Source of the DNA: Balanoglossus misakiensis
Lineage: Eukaryota; Animalia; Hemichordata
Direction: 5' to 3'
Length of the DNA: 64,000 nt
Assembly (NCBI GenBank): GCA_040954595.2
Contig: CM082589.2
Span: 11,358,894 to 11,422,893, forward strand
Each line of letters opens with the position of its first letter. Position 1 is the first letter of the stretch. A program made the position numbers and the translations under genes. Below are positions 1-10,118 of this stretch, in pieces. Below the pieces are notes generated by a model. The model searched no databases and was not told where the DNA came from. It saw only the letters and a list, made by a program, of their open reading frames with translations.

Positions 1-1747
1 ACACAAAATAATTTGTTTTCACTTGCATGAATGGAATATTTTGCAATAATGCAAACACCAGCTGTATAGGGAATACAGAGCTGGTCCTCACACAGCCTGG
101 GATCAGTACCCTAGACATGTCACCAAAGTCATTTCAATAGAACAGAAGGGGAATGAAATACTCGAAAAATAACAATTACTACTCACGCATTGGTTGTGAA
201 ACTGAACTGAACCACAAGCTGAGTATCAGCCTGTCTCTTTCTTCGGTTTGAGGCGCCGCAGGTTATTTCAAGGTCATCAAAGTTGCATTCACCGCCACAA
301 ATACCAAACAAATCATTCAGATAGTTGATAGTGTTCATAAAACTGATCCTCAATTGCTGGATGACACCATTGTTACATGTACCAGCCTGTGAATTGTATG
401 ACACGCCACAATTCACTCCACGTTGAGTCTTCCCAGGAGCTGCAGTAGAACAATACAAACAAACAAATTTTGTTAAAGATGCAATTTTCAATCTAGCGAA
501 CGATGTATTGACTTAGACTGCGAAACCGCTTAGCCAATCAGGAAAGTTACAGCTGCTTACCCAGAACAAAATATTAAGAAAATAGCTCAAATGTACTGGA
601 GCTTTATATTGGGGTAAGCAGATATGATGTTAACAAATTATCTACCTGTAATCACAACCTTGACATACTGTAAAGCAAGAATTTGCATTACTCATATTTC
701 TGTTTTCATTTATAACTAAAAGAAAATTGTCTCAATGCTGGAATACCCCCTCTCACAACTCTCTCTCTTTGGAGAATTTTCTGAATGTGCATGTGCAACC
801 TGATTATATTTCTTTACTGATACCAAATCATTTTTTTCTCACCTGAACATCCAGGGAAGGTGAATTCCTCGTCTGGATTCTCAGGATTAAAAGATCCTTC
901 ACTATGGCAGAGATAGTAAGGTGCTTGCAAACTTGTATCCTGGTAAACAATCCACCTGACAGAACACACCCGACTCAAACTCATTACAGATGGAAATACC
1001 TTTAACTGGTGGTGCTGGCTTTTCACAATCAAATGATGTAAAAGAAAGGAGAACACAGTTTATTTGTCTATATATATTTTTTTAATTTTATTTCATCTAT
1101 CATCCAACAGGCAAATACTACCCAAATGTCTGTGTCTCATATATCATCCAACAGGCAAATACTACCCAAATGTCCAGGTCTAGGTAACGAACCCACAACC
1201 CTAGCAACTAGGGCACAATGCCTCTTTTACCAGGTTCACACAGGGTAAAATTTGAGACACTATTTGCCAGTGCTAACCACAGAGCATTAATCCTTTGAGT
1301 CATGTTGTGTCCACACACACAAAGTTTATGTATGGGCGCTGAGGCTCGGCCCCATAGACAATGGGTTGCGGAGAGGTGTTAATCCTTACACCGGCTCAGG
1401 TCTGGCTGGCAGAGCCGTCTAAAATCTGAGACGTTTCAGGACCACTTACACCGTCCACACATGTTTTTTTAAGACAGTATCAATTCTGAGATGCTTCAGA
1501 ACTGTCTTAATGGTGTATGTGTGACACCCATATTTATTACACAGTCAAATCTTTTAAACAGAACACCAACACATTAACATGTTTCTATGTAAAAGGGACT
1601 AGGAAAAGCTGTTGGTTGAAGAGAGGTTTCCCGATTAGACAGGGTTTGTTTTAGACGGGTTTGAGTGTCCTTGTATGTTCTGAATGATGTTGTTATAATT
1701 TTTGATAGTTACATAGGGACAAAAGTGATAATGATGCAATCATATTA

Positions 1748-1937
1748 CTGTAAAACGGCAAATTTTCCCAAACTTCGTCAAAAAAGAAGAAGAAAATAAA
1801 GTCGCATAAAATGTTTTTCAGAGATAACAGAGTAGTTAGTAAAATACTAGAATGCGGAAATTTAATTCTCGTGTCACAGTTGCCTCTTTTGATATATTGC
1901 AAAATATTTTCTGTCACGAAAATGTCCCGTTTTACAG
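1748..1937. mobile_element. Tc1/mariner-pogo-type MITE (second copy at 49399-49588)
   Basis: TA|CTGTAAAACGG...CCGTTTTACAG|TA terminal inverted repeats with TA flanks. Confidence 0.7.
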
Positions 1938-3275
1938 TATGTGACAAGACATAACAAGGGGTAGAGATGACAATTTGTCAAGATATTAATTAATTTTTAA
2001 AGTTTATGTATGAATGATAAAAAAATTCACTCACGCAGTACATAGAGTGAAAAGTTGCACTGTGCATTGTTGCCAGCTGTATCTGAAGCAACATAGCTGA
2101 TCTGGTAGGTTCCCCAGGAAAAGGTGTCACCTGTAAGAACAAAATTATGCACATCATTACAGGCATGGGTGCTAAAGCCAAAATAGCTTCCGTTTCTTGA
2201 ATGTTTTTCATGATTTTCTTTTCAAACTTAGAATGGTCCATTTAAGTGAGCTATCTGGTGGGTATACACAGGCATATTATCAACTCCTGATTGTGACTGT
2301 ACATATAAACATGAACAAGATATGTATACTAAACAGATATGGTGCCGCACACGTTTATTCAACTGCCCATTGTAAGAGAACACAACATTTGTGGTATGGG
2401 TATCCCCAGTAGTAGTGGAGAATATTAAGTACTTTACTGATTAAAGGCCTTGCTCAACAGTTGGTCAAATCTTTTGTTTCCAATAAACAATTACGTGCAA
2501 ACACAAATGCTTTCGAGTTTTAACTTCATTGTACTGCCCTGGGATCGAGGAAAGGGCCTATAAACATATGGTAATAGTATCAGCAATTAAGGCTTTAATA
2601 CTTGGAAGCAAGATCATTTGTCGCACATAGGATGTGCTAGCCATATATGAGTAACGGCCACAAGAATAAACTGTACCAGTATGCTTCATACTGACCACAA
2701 TCTTAGGAAAGTTGTCTCAGCTTGTTGGTTTCTGTTTAGATCAACTCCCCACCCCACCCCGATAAAAAAAACTTAGTTAGTGTGAATGTTATATATTATC
2801 TATAATCAGAAATGATATTTTATAGGAAACTTACCCATTGTGTAGGTTTGTGTCACATTGGCAATGGCGACATCATCTGTAAATATAGGCTCCTGCCATA
2901 CTCCTGTTGTCAAGCTATTAGGACTAATTATACGGGTCGTATTGGGACAGTAAATGACTTCAGGAGCGTGTTTATCTGAAGAAAAAAAAATGAAAGAATA
3001 ACAAATGTTTGTAAATTAAACAACTGGTCCACACCCCCTATGCATACACTGGTACATTTAGGTAAATGCACTACTAGATGTTTATATCTGTCACATATTC
3101 ATGAGAAATCCAGATATTGTTAAGTGCTTGTTTTCTGATACATGTGAATAGACTAGATCACTGTCAAGAAACACTACAAGATAGGACAGGAGTCATGAGA
3201 TGGTATCCATAGGCATAATAACTGATATGATCAATTACACTCATGATAAGCCTAGTTCTTGGAACAGCAGAAACT

Positions 3276-3375
3276 GATGATGATGATGGTGATGATGATG
3301 ACGATGATGATGATGATGGTGGTGGTGGTGGTGGTGATGATGATTATGATGATGATGATGGTGATGGTGGTTGTG
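3276..3375. repeat. (TGA/TGG)n trinucleotide microsatellite (copy at ~50927-51026)
   Basis: Directly visible; produces the spurious poly-His and poly-Met ORFs. Confidence 0.95.
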
Positions 3376-3708
3376 AATAGTATCATTACATTCAGTGTTA
3401 AATACATGTACGGTAGAAACAAAAAGACTGAGCGATACAGGCATGGGCAGATGATGATTCCCTATACTTCCTAAAGTAGGGAGATTGCAGGCTGTGTGAT
3501 TGGAGTACAACACACAGCAGCTAGGGGCTGGTGAATGTACACAGGAAAAACTACTCAAAATTTCACACAGTTTTCCCTGGACAGACACAACATTACAAGG
3601 AGAGCTGTGTTAAAGTAAGGATTTAGGATTAATCAACTCTGTGAATATGACCCAATTTCTCCTCGTCAGATTATGCATAAAATTGTTTGATAGTAATGAA
3701 TAATATGA

Positions 3709-3861
3709 GGTTATCGCCCCATATCACCTCTTGTTGGGCCATATTTGCCGCGAGTGTGGGTTGTGAGCCGCATCACACGAGTCGAAGACGAGTGTGATGC
3801 AGCTCACAACCCACACGAGCGGCAAATATGACCCAACAAGAGGTGATATGGGGCGATAACC
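3709..3861. repeat. 153-bp near-perfect hairpin at the left end of the Crypton
   Basis: Arms ggttatcgccccatatcacctcttgttggg... / ...cccaacaagaggtgatatggggcgataacc; apex GTC-GAA-GAC at 3781-3789. Confidence 0.95.
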
Positions 3862-4318
3862 GATTTATCATATGCTCAAACTTCGGAATTTACAATAAAA
3901 ATGAAAAAATAAAGCGAGAACACTTTAATTTTAATGAATTATTTTATTCCGCTTAGCGCATTGATATTTTATTAACATTGTAAATCGGCTTCATTCATGT
4001 TGACATGACGCGCCATTTTTAAGTGTAGCGTAGCGGTGATATAAAAATATGAGGATAACTGTAAAGATGTTAAATAACGGTAGGAAACGACAACATCGGT
4101 AAGTCAAAGATGTTTTTAAATAGTAAATTGTCAAAGGAGGTCAACCGCTCTCTATCATGCAAAACAACAAAATGTTTGAAAATTGAATCGAACACATTTT
4201 TTTGGGGGTGCAACAACAAGTGAACGTCATGAATTTAAAATCGGTTTGAAATCAGTTAAATTGCAAATAAAGCCAGAGGCTATTCATTTCAAAGTTCAAA
4301 AAGAGTCTCAAAGTCTGA

Positions 4319-5743
4319 TCATTCCTGGGAATTTTCTGATGAGGACGGAGAGTCATAAATGACTGCACGGCGGCGGCGTTTGTACGGTGGTGGGGTCTGT
4401 GTCATAGATGATGATCCCGTCGACGTCGCGTTTGAAACATAGATATTAAACGAGCCGCCATATATAACTGCGTCGCTAAATATACCACCCGTTGTCGCCG
4501 CTTCCATCTGACACGTGTTTGAACTGACGGAACTAGAAATTGCGCGATTTTCGACTTGTTTGGATGAACCTGGAGCGAGGATGTTTGACATCTCTTCCTG
4601 CTGCCTGAGCGAGGCGGTGGCGTAGTTGTTGACCGACTGCAGCTGACTGTGGCCCGATAACTGTTGTACTTGGGTCGGTGGAATGCCTGCATGCAGCAAT
4701 TTCGTGATGGCTGTTTTTCTCATGCTGTGATTGGTTTTTTTCCCTCTGATGCCTGCTTTATCGCTCATACTTTGGATGACTGTTGCCAACTTATTCTTTC
4801 CCATAGGGGATTTCTTAAACCATATGGTTGATGAGGGCGAATAATTGATTGCCAAGTAGAAGGGGCTGTCTGGGGTATTCATCTCAACGGGGCGACGATT
4901 AGCGAACTCCTTGTATGTGGCTATGGGACATGTGTCTGGCTTCTCGGGAGTTGCGAAGATTTTGGGGTTGAAGGGTCGTGGTTTTGCACCAGCCTGTCCA
5001 AATCTGGTCTTAGTCTCCCTTTCATTGAATTCGATATATTCTTTGTGGTCGGCCGTCTTTTTGAGCTTGATATCCCCCCATTTCAATTCCCGGTTTTCTT
5101 GGCCACCGCGAAAGCCCAACATCTTGGTGTTGTTCATCCAAACTGCGTTGAACAACGCTTCGGGAGTCGATCGACCGACAAATCCTCGTTCAATTAAAAG
5201 TTGTTCTTCTTCATCTGTAAGCACTTCGGCAGCTTGTGGCTTATTTCCCCGTCCCTGTTTTTTTAGTTCAACTCTTTTTGCTGAGAGGCATTTTCGGGAG
5301 CGTTGGAATTCATTGTCACGGATGATGGAGACCGGGTAACCGTTGTCCTGCAGATAACGCTCGATTCCCCGCTGATAGCTCGTCAAAGTATCGGGTTCAT
5401 ACTGCTCACCATTTTTCTGCCTGGCTCCAACAAAATATGCAGCAAGGTGGCTATCCAGATCTTGGGGTGGCATATCAACTATACGACGAGTTTCTGTTGG
5501 GCGCATACTCGACAACCATTCCTGAAACTGCTTCACTGCCGTGTTCGTACTCCTTACGGTATTCTTCTTTTTTTGCTGGTCCACAAAGTCGTCCAAATCG
5601 CCATCATTAAATTCCACATACCGATTTTGATTTTGCTGTTGTTGCTGATTTTGTTCGGGTACAGCAGTATCAGTTTCATCTTGACACAATAACTCAGCAA
5701 GTTGGAAAATTTCCTGCATCTCCGGGTCATTGAATGCTTCCAT
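4319..5743 (-). CDS. Tyrosine recombinase, Crypton family (DUF3504-like; related to ZMYM2/3/4, QRICH1 and KCTD1 domains), 474 aa
   Basis: Uninterrupted ORF with catalytic residues R (GFRGGQE), K (RETKT), HxxR (NHSMRKT), H (SGH), Y (VNNY). N-terminal 'KNGEQYEPDTL' and 'WFKKSPMGKNKL' motifs are typical of animal Cryptons. Confidence 0.93.
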   Translation of the reverse strand: MEAFNDPEMQEIFQLAELLCQDETDTAVPEQNQQQQQNQNRYVEFNDGDLDDFVDQQKKKNTVRSTNTAVKQFQEWLSSMRPTETRRIVDMPPQDLDSHLAAYFVGARQKNGEQYEPDTLTSYQRGIERYLQDNGYPVSIIRDNEFQRSRKCLSAKRVELKKQGRGNKPQAAEVLTDEEEQLLIERGFVGRSTPEALFNAVWMNNTKMLGFRGGQENRELKWGDIKLKKTADHKEYIEFNERETKTRFGQAGAKPRPFNPKIFATPEKPDTCPIATYKEFANRRPVEMNTPDSPFYLAINYSPSSTIWFKKSPMGKNKLATVIQSMSDKAGIRGKKTNHSMRKTAITKLLHAGIPPTQVQQLSGHSQLQSVNNYATASLRQQEEMSNILAPGSSKQVENRAISSSVSSNTCQMEAATTGGIFSDAVIYGGSFNIYVSNATSTGSSSMTQTPPPYKRRRRAVIYDSPSSSENSQE

Positions 5744-6251
5744 TGCGATGTCTATTTAGGAAGTGAGTAAATTTTGCCGTAGGCATCCACTTTTTATTGA
5801 CCGGGTTTTCATTTTAGTGTTGAATTGTTTTTAAAACGTAACCATAAAAAATGTAGTTGTTTATTTTACTGAAAACTACAAAAAAAAGTCTGAAGAAGGT
5901 ATAATTGTGAAAATTTTCGGGTTATCTTTATTTGGTAAACGACCGTAATGAACGTAAACAGACCGGTCACCTGGACAACTGCTCGCGCGCGTGACGCACA
6001 GTGTTGACGTGACGTTGTCATATTTTTTCTACGTGTGTAACTAATAATCGTTTGTTTTCCAAATCAATCACCAAGATAAATCCTTTATTTATAAGACATG
6101 TCCGTGGCCATCAGAACCCCATGAATTTCGATGTTGACTACCGGTATGTCAAATCTCATGAAACCGGGCCCTGTATCGGGTTATGTTTGTTTACATTTTA
6201 AGGTCGCCATTTTCATGAACATAGTTCCGGGTATAAGCGCAAGAAATGATG

Positions 6252-6295
6252 ACGTTTAGTGTGAAATATCACCGGTGATATTTCACACTAAACGT
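6252..6295. repeat. 44-bp perfect palindrome near the right end of the Crypton
   Basis: acgtttagtgtgaaatatcaccggtgatatttcacactaaacgt. Confidence 0.95.
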
Positions 6296-7329
6296 GGTGA
6301 TATTCACGTTAAACGTCACTAGGAGGAGGTGATATCAGCATGAGCATATGATAAGGCTATTTACCAACAGGTGTGCATGGTGAACCAGAGTAACCAATTG
6401 GGCACCTGGTACTTCCACAAGCTGATGGCTGGATTTTGACCACACTACCCAATAACTCTTGATCCATTTCAACCCACATGACATGATTGCCAAGTGGACT
6501 TTGTGAACAGTTCAAAGCCAGACTCTGGATTTCAACAGGAGTCAATACATAATCGTATACATTCATCTGTGTAACATCACCATGGAAGCTAAAATAGTTG
6601 TCAAGGAGTCCATTTTCGTCATAGCTTTGACCAAGAATTACCATACAGCTGTTGAAAAACAAGAGAATAATGAATTCATTAAAAGTGCTGGTAAGAAGTT
6701 GTCAAAAATAAACTGTGAAAATCAGTATCGTTCCGCATAAGTTTGAATTTGAAAGTGCCACGAAGATAGCTTTGCTGATGTCCATAGTTTGCTCCCTTGA
6801 TTTTTTTGGCCAGTTTTGTTGTAAGTCGCAACATGTTATGATGATATTGTATTGTCATGTAGGAGTAAGACAAGCTACCTAGCAGATAAGTTATAAACAA
6901 GATAACTGCTTCACAAATAAATGGTTCACTTCTCTTGAGGCTTGGGAAAACTTGACAGTATAGGAAAATATAGAATTTTAACATGGGATGATGACAATTT
7001 TCTATGGCTTTGTAGGAGTTAAAAATGTTCGGAGTTCCACTAGCAACTTACTTTTCTGAGTCAGCGATACCTGTCCAGGATGGAAGGGGTGATGTTACTG
7101 CAACACCATTCAAGTAAACTGCCACAATGCCTTCTTCAATTACCATGACAACATTATGCCACGAGTTGTCATTAACTGATACGGTTACACCATTTGTACT
7201 GACAGATAGACTTCTGTCCAGGACAAGAAGGGTACTATCAACTTGGGTTAAGCTGCCAAGAAATTCAAAACAGAGATTAGACATAAATCGGTGCATCAGC
7301 TGGTACTTTTGGGAAATTATCACACTTTT

Positions 7330-9480
7330 TTCAAACTGCACCACCTTTAGCCAATACAGAAGTATGCACTGAACTATGTACAAGTATTATGAACCCTAAG
7401 TATGAGTGCATATGCAAGTTTAAACCAGACAAATAATAAATCTTCGCCGCAAAGGAATATGGTCGCCACCGTGAGAAAATGCAAAATACAATTAAACTTG
7501 CAAGCAGCGTTGGCGGGGCACAAGCGGTTCCCATGGTAACAAGCAAATGCCAAGGCTGTATCTGCTGTGGATACCAAGATATTGGAAAGTAGGTCAAAGG
7601 TCACCTGAGGTCACCTCAAATTTGGGCAAAAAAATCAGACCCCATACTAGTCTAGGTCCAACAAAAACCAAACACCTAGCTCTATTGGTTCGCCTAGAAT
7701 TAGGTATGCGCATAATTAATGAGGTCTTGTGTAAGACTGCATATCTGCTCCATCGGCCCTCCAAAAGCCAGGACTCTAACTGCTGTGGATGCTGAGATAT
7801 GGGAAATTAGATCAAAGGTCATCCAAGGTCACCCAAAATTTGGGCATAACATTTTGACCCCAGAGTGGGCCATGTCCAACTAAAACCAGACCTCTAGCCC
7901 TATTGGTTAGCCTGGAATTAGATATGCAGAAAAATGATGTTTCAGAAATAGGTCAAGGGTCATTGCCAAAATTACCAAAATAGTTGTGTCATGTCCTGGC
8001 AGCATTGGTACCCATGTCCACAAAATTCATGACTGTGGTGCTTTTACAAGAGGAGGTATGGGGATATGCATATATAATTAGTTGTTTTAAAACTGGGTCA
8101 AAGGTCATGTCAAAATTGCCCCGAAAAATTGTAACAACTTCCGGTCATATGATGACTCATATCCAAAAAAAAGAATTTACGTGCTGTCAACATTTTGGCT
8201 ACAAAACAGAATTTTCATTTTTCAATGGTTTTCCGAAAATCCAACATGGCCGCCATAATGATCGACCAATCACAGTGCGCTTCGCAAACTTGATAAACAT
8301 AGGTTAGGTGACCACATACCCCGAATCCTGTGACTCGGCAATCGCTGGTTCTGGAGAAGAAGATTTTTAAAGTTTTAAGTAGTTTTTCAGAAAAACAATT
8401 GTAGCAAAATGATGGACAGAAGGTAGGCTACCTGCACACCAAATTTGAACTCGATCGGCCCAGTAGTTTTTGAGAAGGACTCGTTTAACGATTGTCAGGA
8501 AATGCAATATGGCCGCCAGGTCACGTGACTAATTAAATATTCACGAGCCACTGCACATCTACTCATTGGCCCCTATCACCCTACCAAGTTTCAGCCCCCA
8601 AGGTGCAGCGGTTTTCAAGATCTACCTGGCCGAATTTCTCGGAAGAAGAAGAAGAAGAAGAAGAATTAAAGCTGCGAGCAGCATTGTTGGGCCCAAGCGC
8701 TGATCTTGAATTATATATGCACAGTATGAATGAGAAGAAACAGAATTTTCTATCGGATGTATTATCTCATGACATAACAAGGATGTGTGTATTTTTGCTG
8801 CTGAAATAGGGTGAAGTAGGTCAAAGGTCACCTGAGGTCACCCAACATTTGGGCAATTTTTTTTTACCCATACTTTTGACCCCAGAGTGGGCCATGTCCA
8901 ACAAAAACCAAAACTCTAGCTCTATTGGTTCGCCTGTAATTAGGTATGTGCATAATTAATGAGGTCAGCAGAGGTCAAAGGGGTCATGAAAAGTAGCAAA
9001 ATATTTTGATCACACACTAATCCACATTCATCAAAAACCAAACCTCTAGCCCTATAGGTTAGCCTGGAATTAGATATGCAGAAATAATAACGCCTGATAA
9101 TTAGGTCAAAGGTCATGTGAAAAATCGCCAAAAAATTGTTATATATTTTAGTCACATGACGATTGATATCCATAAAAAGAATTTGTATGCTATCAATTTT
9201 TGGACTAGAAAAAGGAATTTCAATTTTTCTCTGTTTTTTACAAAATCCAATATGGCCGCCATAATCTTCGACCAATCACAATGCTCTTTGCAAACTTGAT
9301 AGACATCAGTGTAGTGACCATACTCCCCGAATCTTGCGACTCAGTCATCGCTCGTTCTGGAGAAGAAGATTTTTGGAGTTTAACTATGGTTTTACAAAAA
9401 AACAATAAACCCGCTGTACCTCCGCATGTCTCCACAAGAGCTAGGAGCTCAAAATTGAACGGACGCAGACCAGCGGTCTG
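7330..9480. mobile_element. Non-autonomous Helentron/HINE-like repeat cluster (copy at ~52330-54500)
   Basis: Internally repeated subunits (ggtcaaaggtcacc, aaaaccaaacctctagc, aatatggccgcc) and a (GAA)8-TT junction at 8642-8668. Classification is by resemblance only. Confidence 0.5.
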
Positions 9481-9737
9481 TCAGGTGTAGTAACCGTAAC
9501 ACCAATAAAGGTAGGTTTTCATTGATTCTAATAGGTCTCCGTTCATCAACATTTCAAATATTCTCCATAATCCAGTAGTTGCCACTGTACTTGAATGAAA
9601 TATTTCCTTTCAAACTTCCAAATGGTAACCGAATCTCAAATCGCAAATCTTTCCATTTTAATAACGAAGTCGGATGCCGAAATTACCAACTCACTTTTTC
9701 TATCGGACTCCATCATTCTAATACTTTACTTCAATGT

Positions 9738-10118
9738 TCAAAAATTGTGTAAAGCAATATCCACTCTCAATCTATATTTCAGGTTTAACGGCGTAATGGC
9801 ATCCCCGGCCTTTGCTCTATCATAGAGGCAAATGGTATTATCTCTTCCAGTGGAAAAGTTGCGGAGCTGTACGTATTCTCCCTTCTGTAATCTGTTCAGC
9901 CACTTCGGATTTTCTTTCCAGAATTTAAGTTCCAGAACGTTGCCATCGTGCTGCATACAAGGCACGCTAAACAGTTTCCCGTTGGCGGAATTCCGGATCT
10001 CGACATCCTCCATGACGCGCAATTTCACAGCCATGCCTTGGCTGGTTGCAGATGATGGAGCTAAGGTATGTAACAATCGCACCCCGAAACGCCTGGGCCC
10101 TTTTTTGTGTGTAGTCAT
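9738..10118 (-). pseudogene. OB-fold (RPA/SSB-like) coding remnant, probably Helitron/Helentron cargo
   Basis: 'LELKFWKENPKWLNRLQKGEYVQLRNF' fits an OB-fold strand/helix pattern. The copy at 54909-55142 has a premature stop, and downstream frames are broken. Confidence 0.45.

Larger units (their letters stand above)
3704..6354 (-). mobile_element. Crypton-type tyrosine-recombinase DNA transposon, full length (2651 bp)
   Basis: Absent from the paralogous site (...gtaatgaATAAggctat, ATAA at 51351-51354). ATAA occurs at both junctions (3700-3703 and 6351-6354). Encodes an intact tyrosine recombinase; no RT or DDE transposase. Confidence 0.93.
187..7252 (-). pseudogene. Partial duplicate of the pentraxin/HYR/sushi receptor-like gene (exons 7052-7252, 6365-6648, 2835-2975, 2035-2130, 843-1035, 187-439), probably non-functional
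   Basis: Same exons as 47830-52252. An 8-bp deletion near 925 frameshifts the sushi exon. No upstream exons are recognisable between 7300 and 43000. Confidence 0.7.

Noticed and set aside
3241-3588. Poly-His and poly-Met ORFs (also 50892-51239)
   Set aside because: Translations of an intronic trinucleotide microsatellite.
4402-5692. Overlapping and antisense ORFs within the recombinase gene
   Set aside because: Shadow frames of a real ORF with no recognisable motifs.
3704-6354. Bacterial or phage integrase contamination, or a DIRS retroelement
   Set aside because: Motifs are of the animal Crypton type, the element is cleanly inserted in a host intron, and there is no RT, RNase H or gag.
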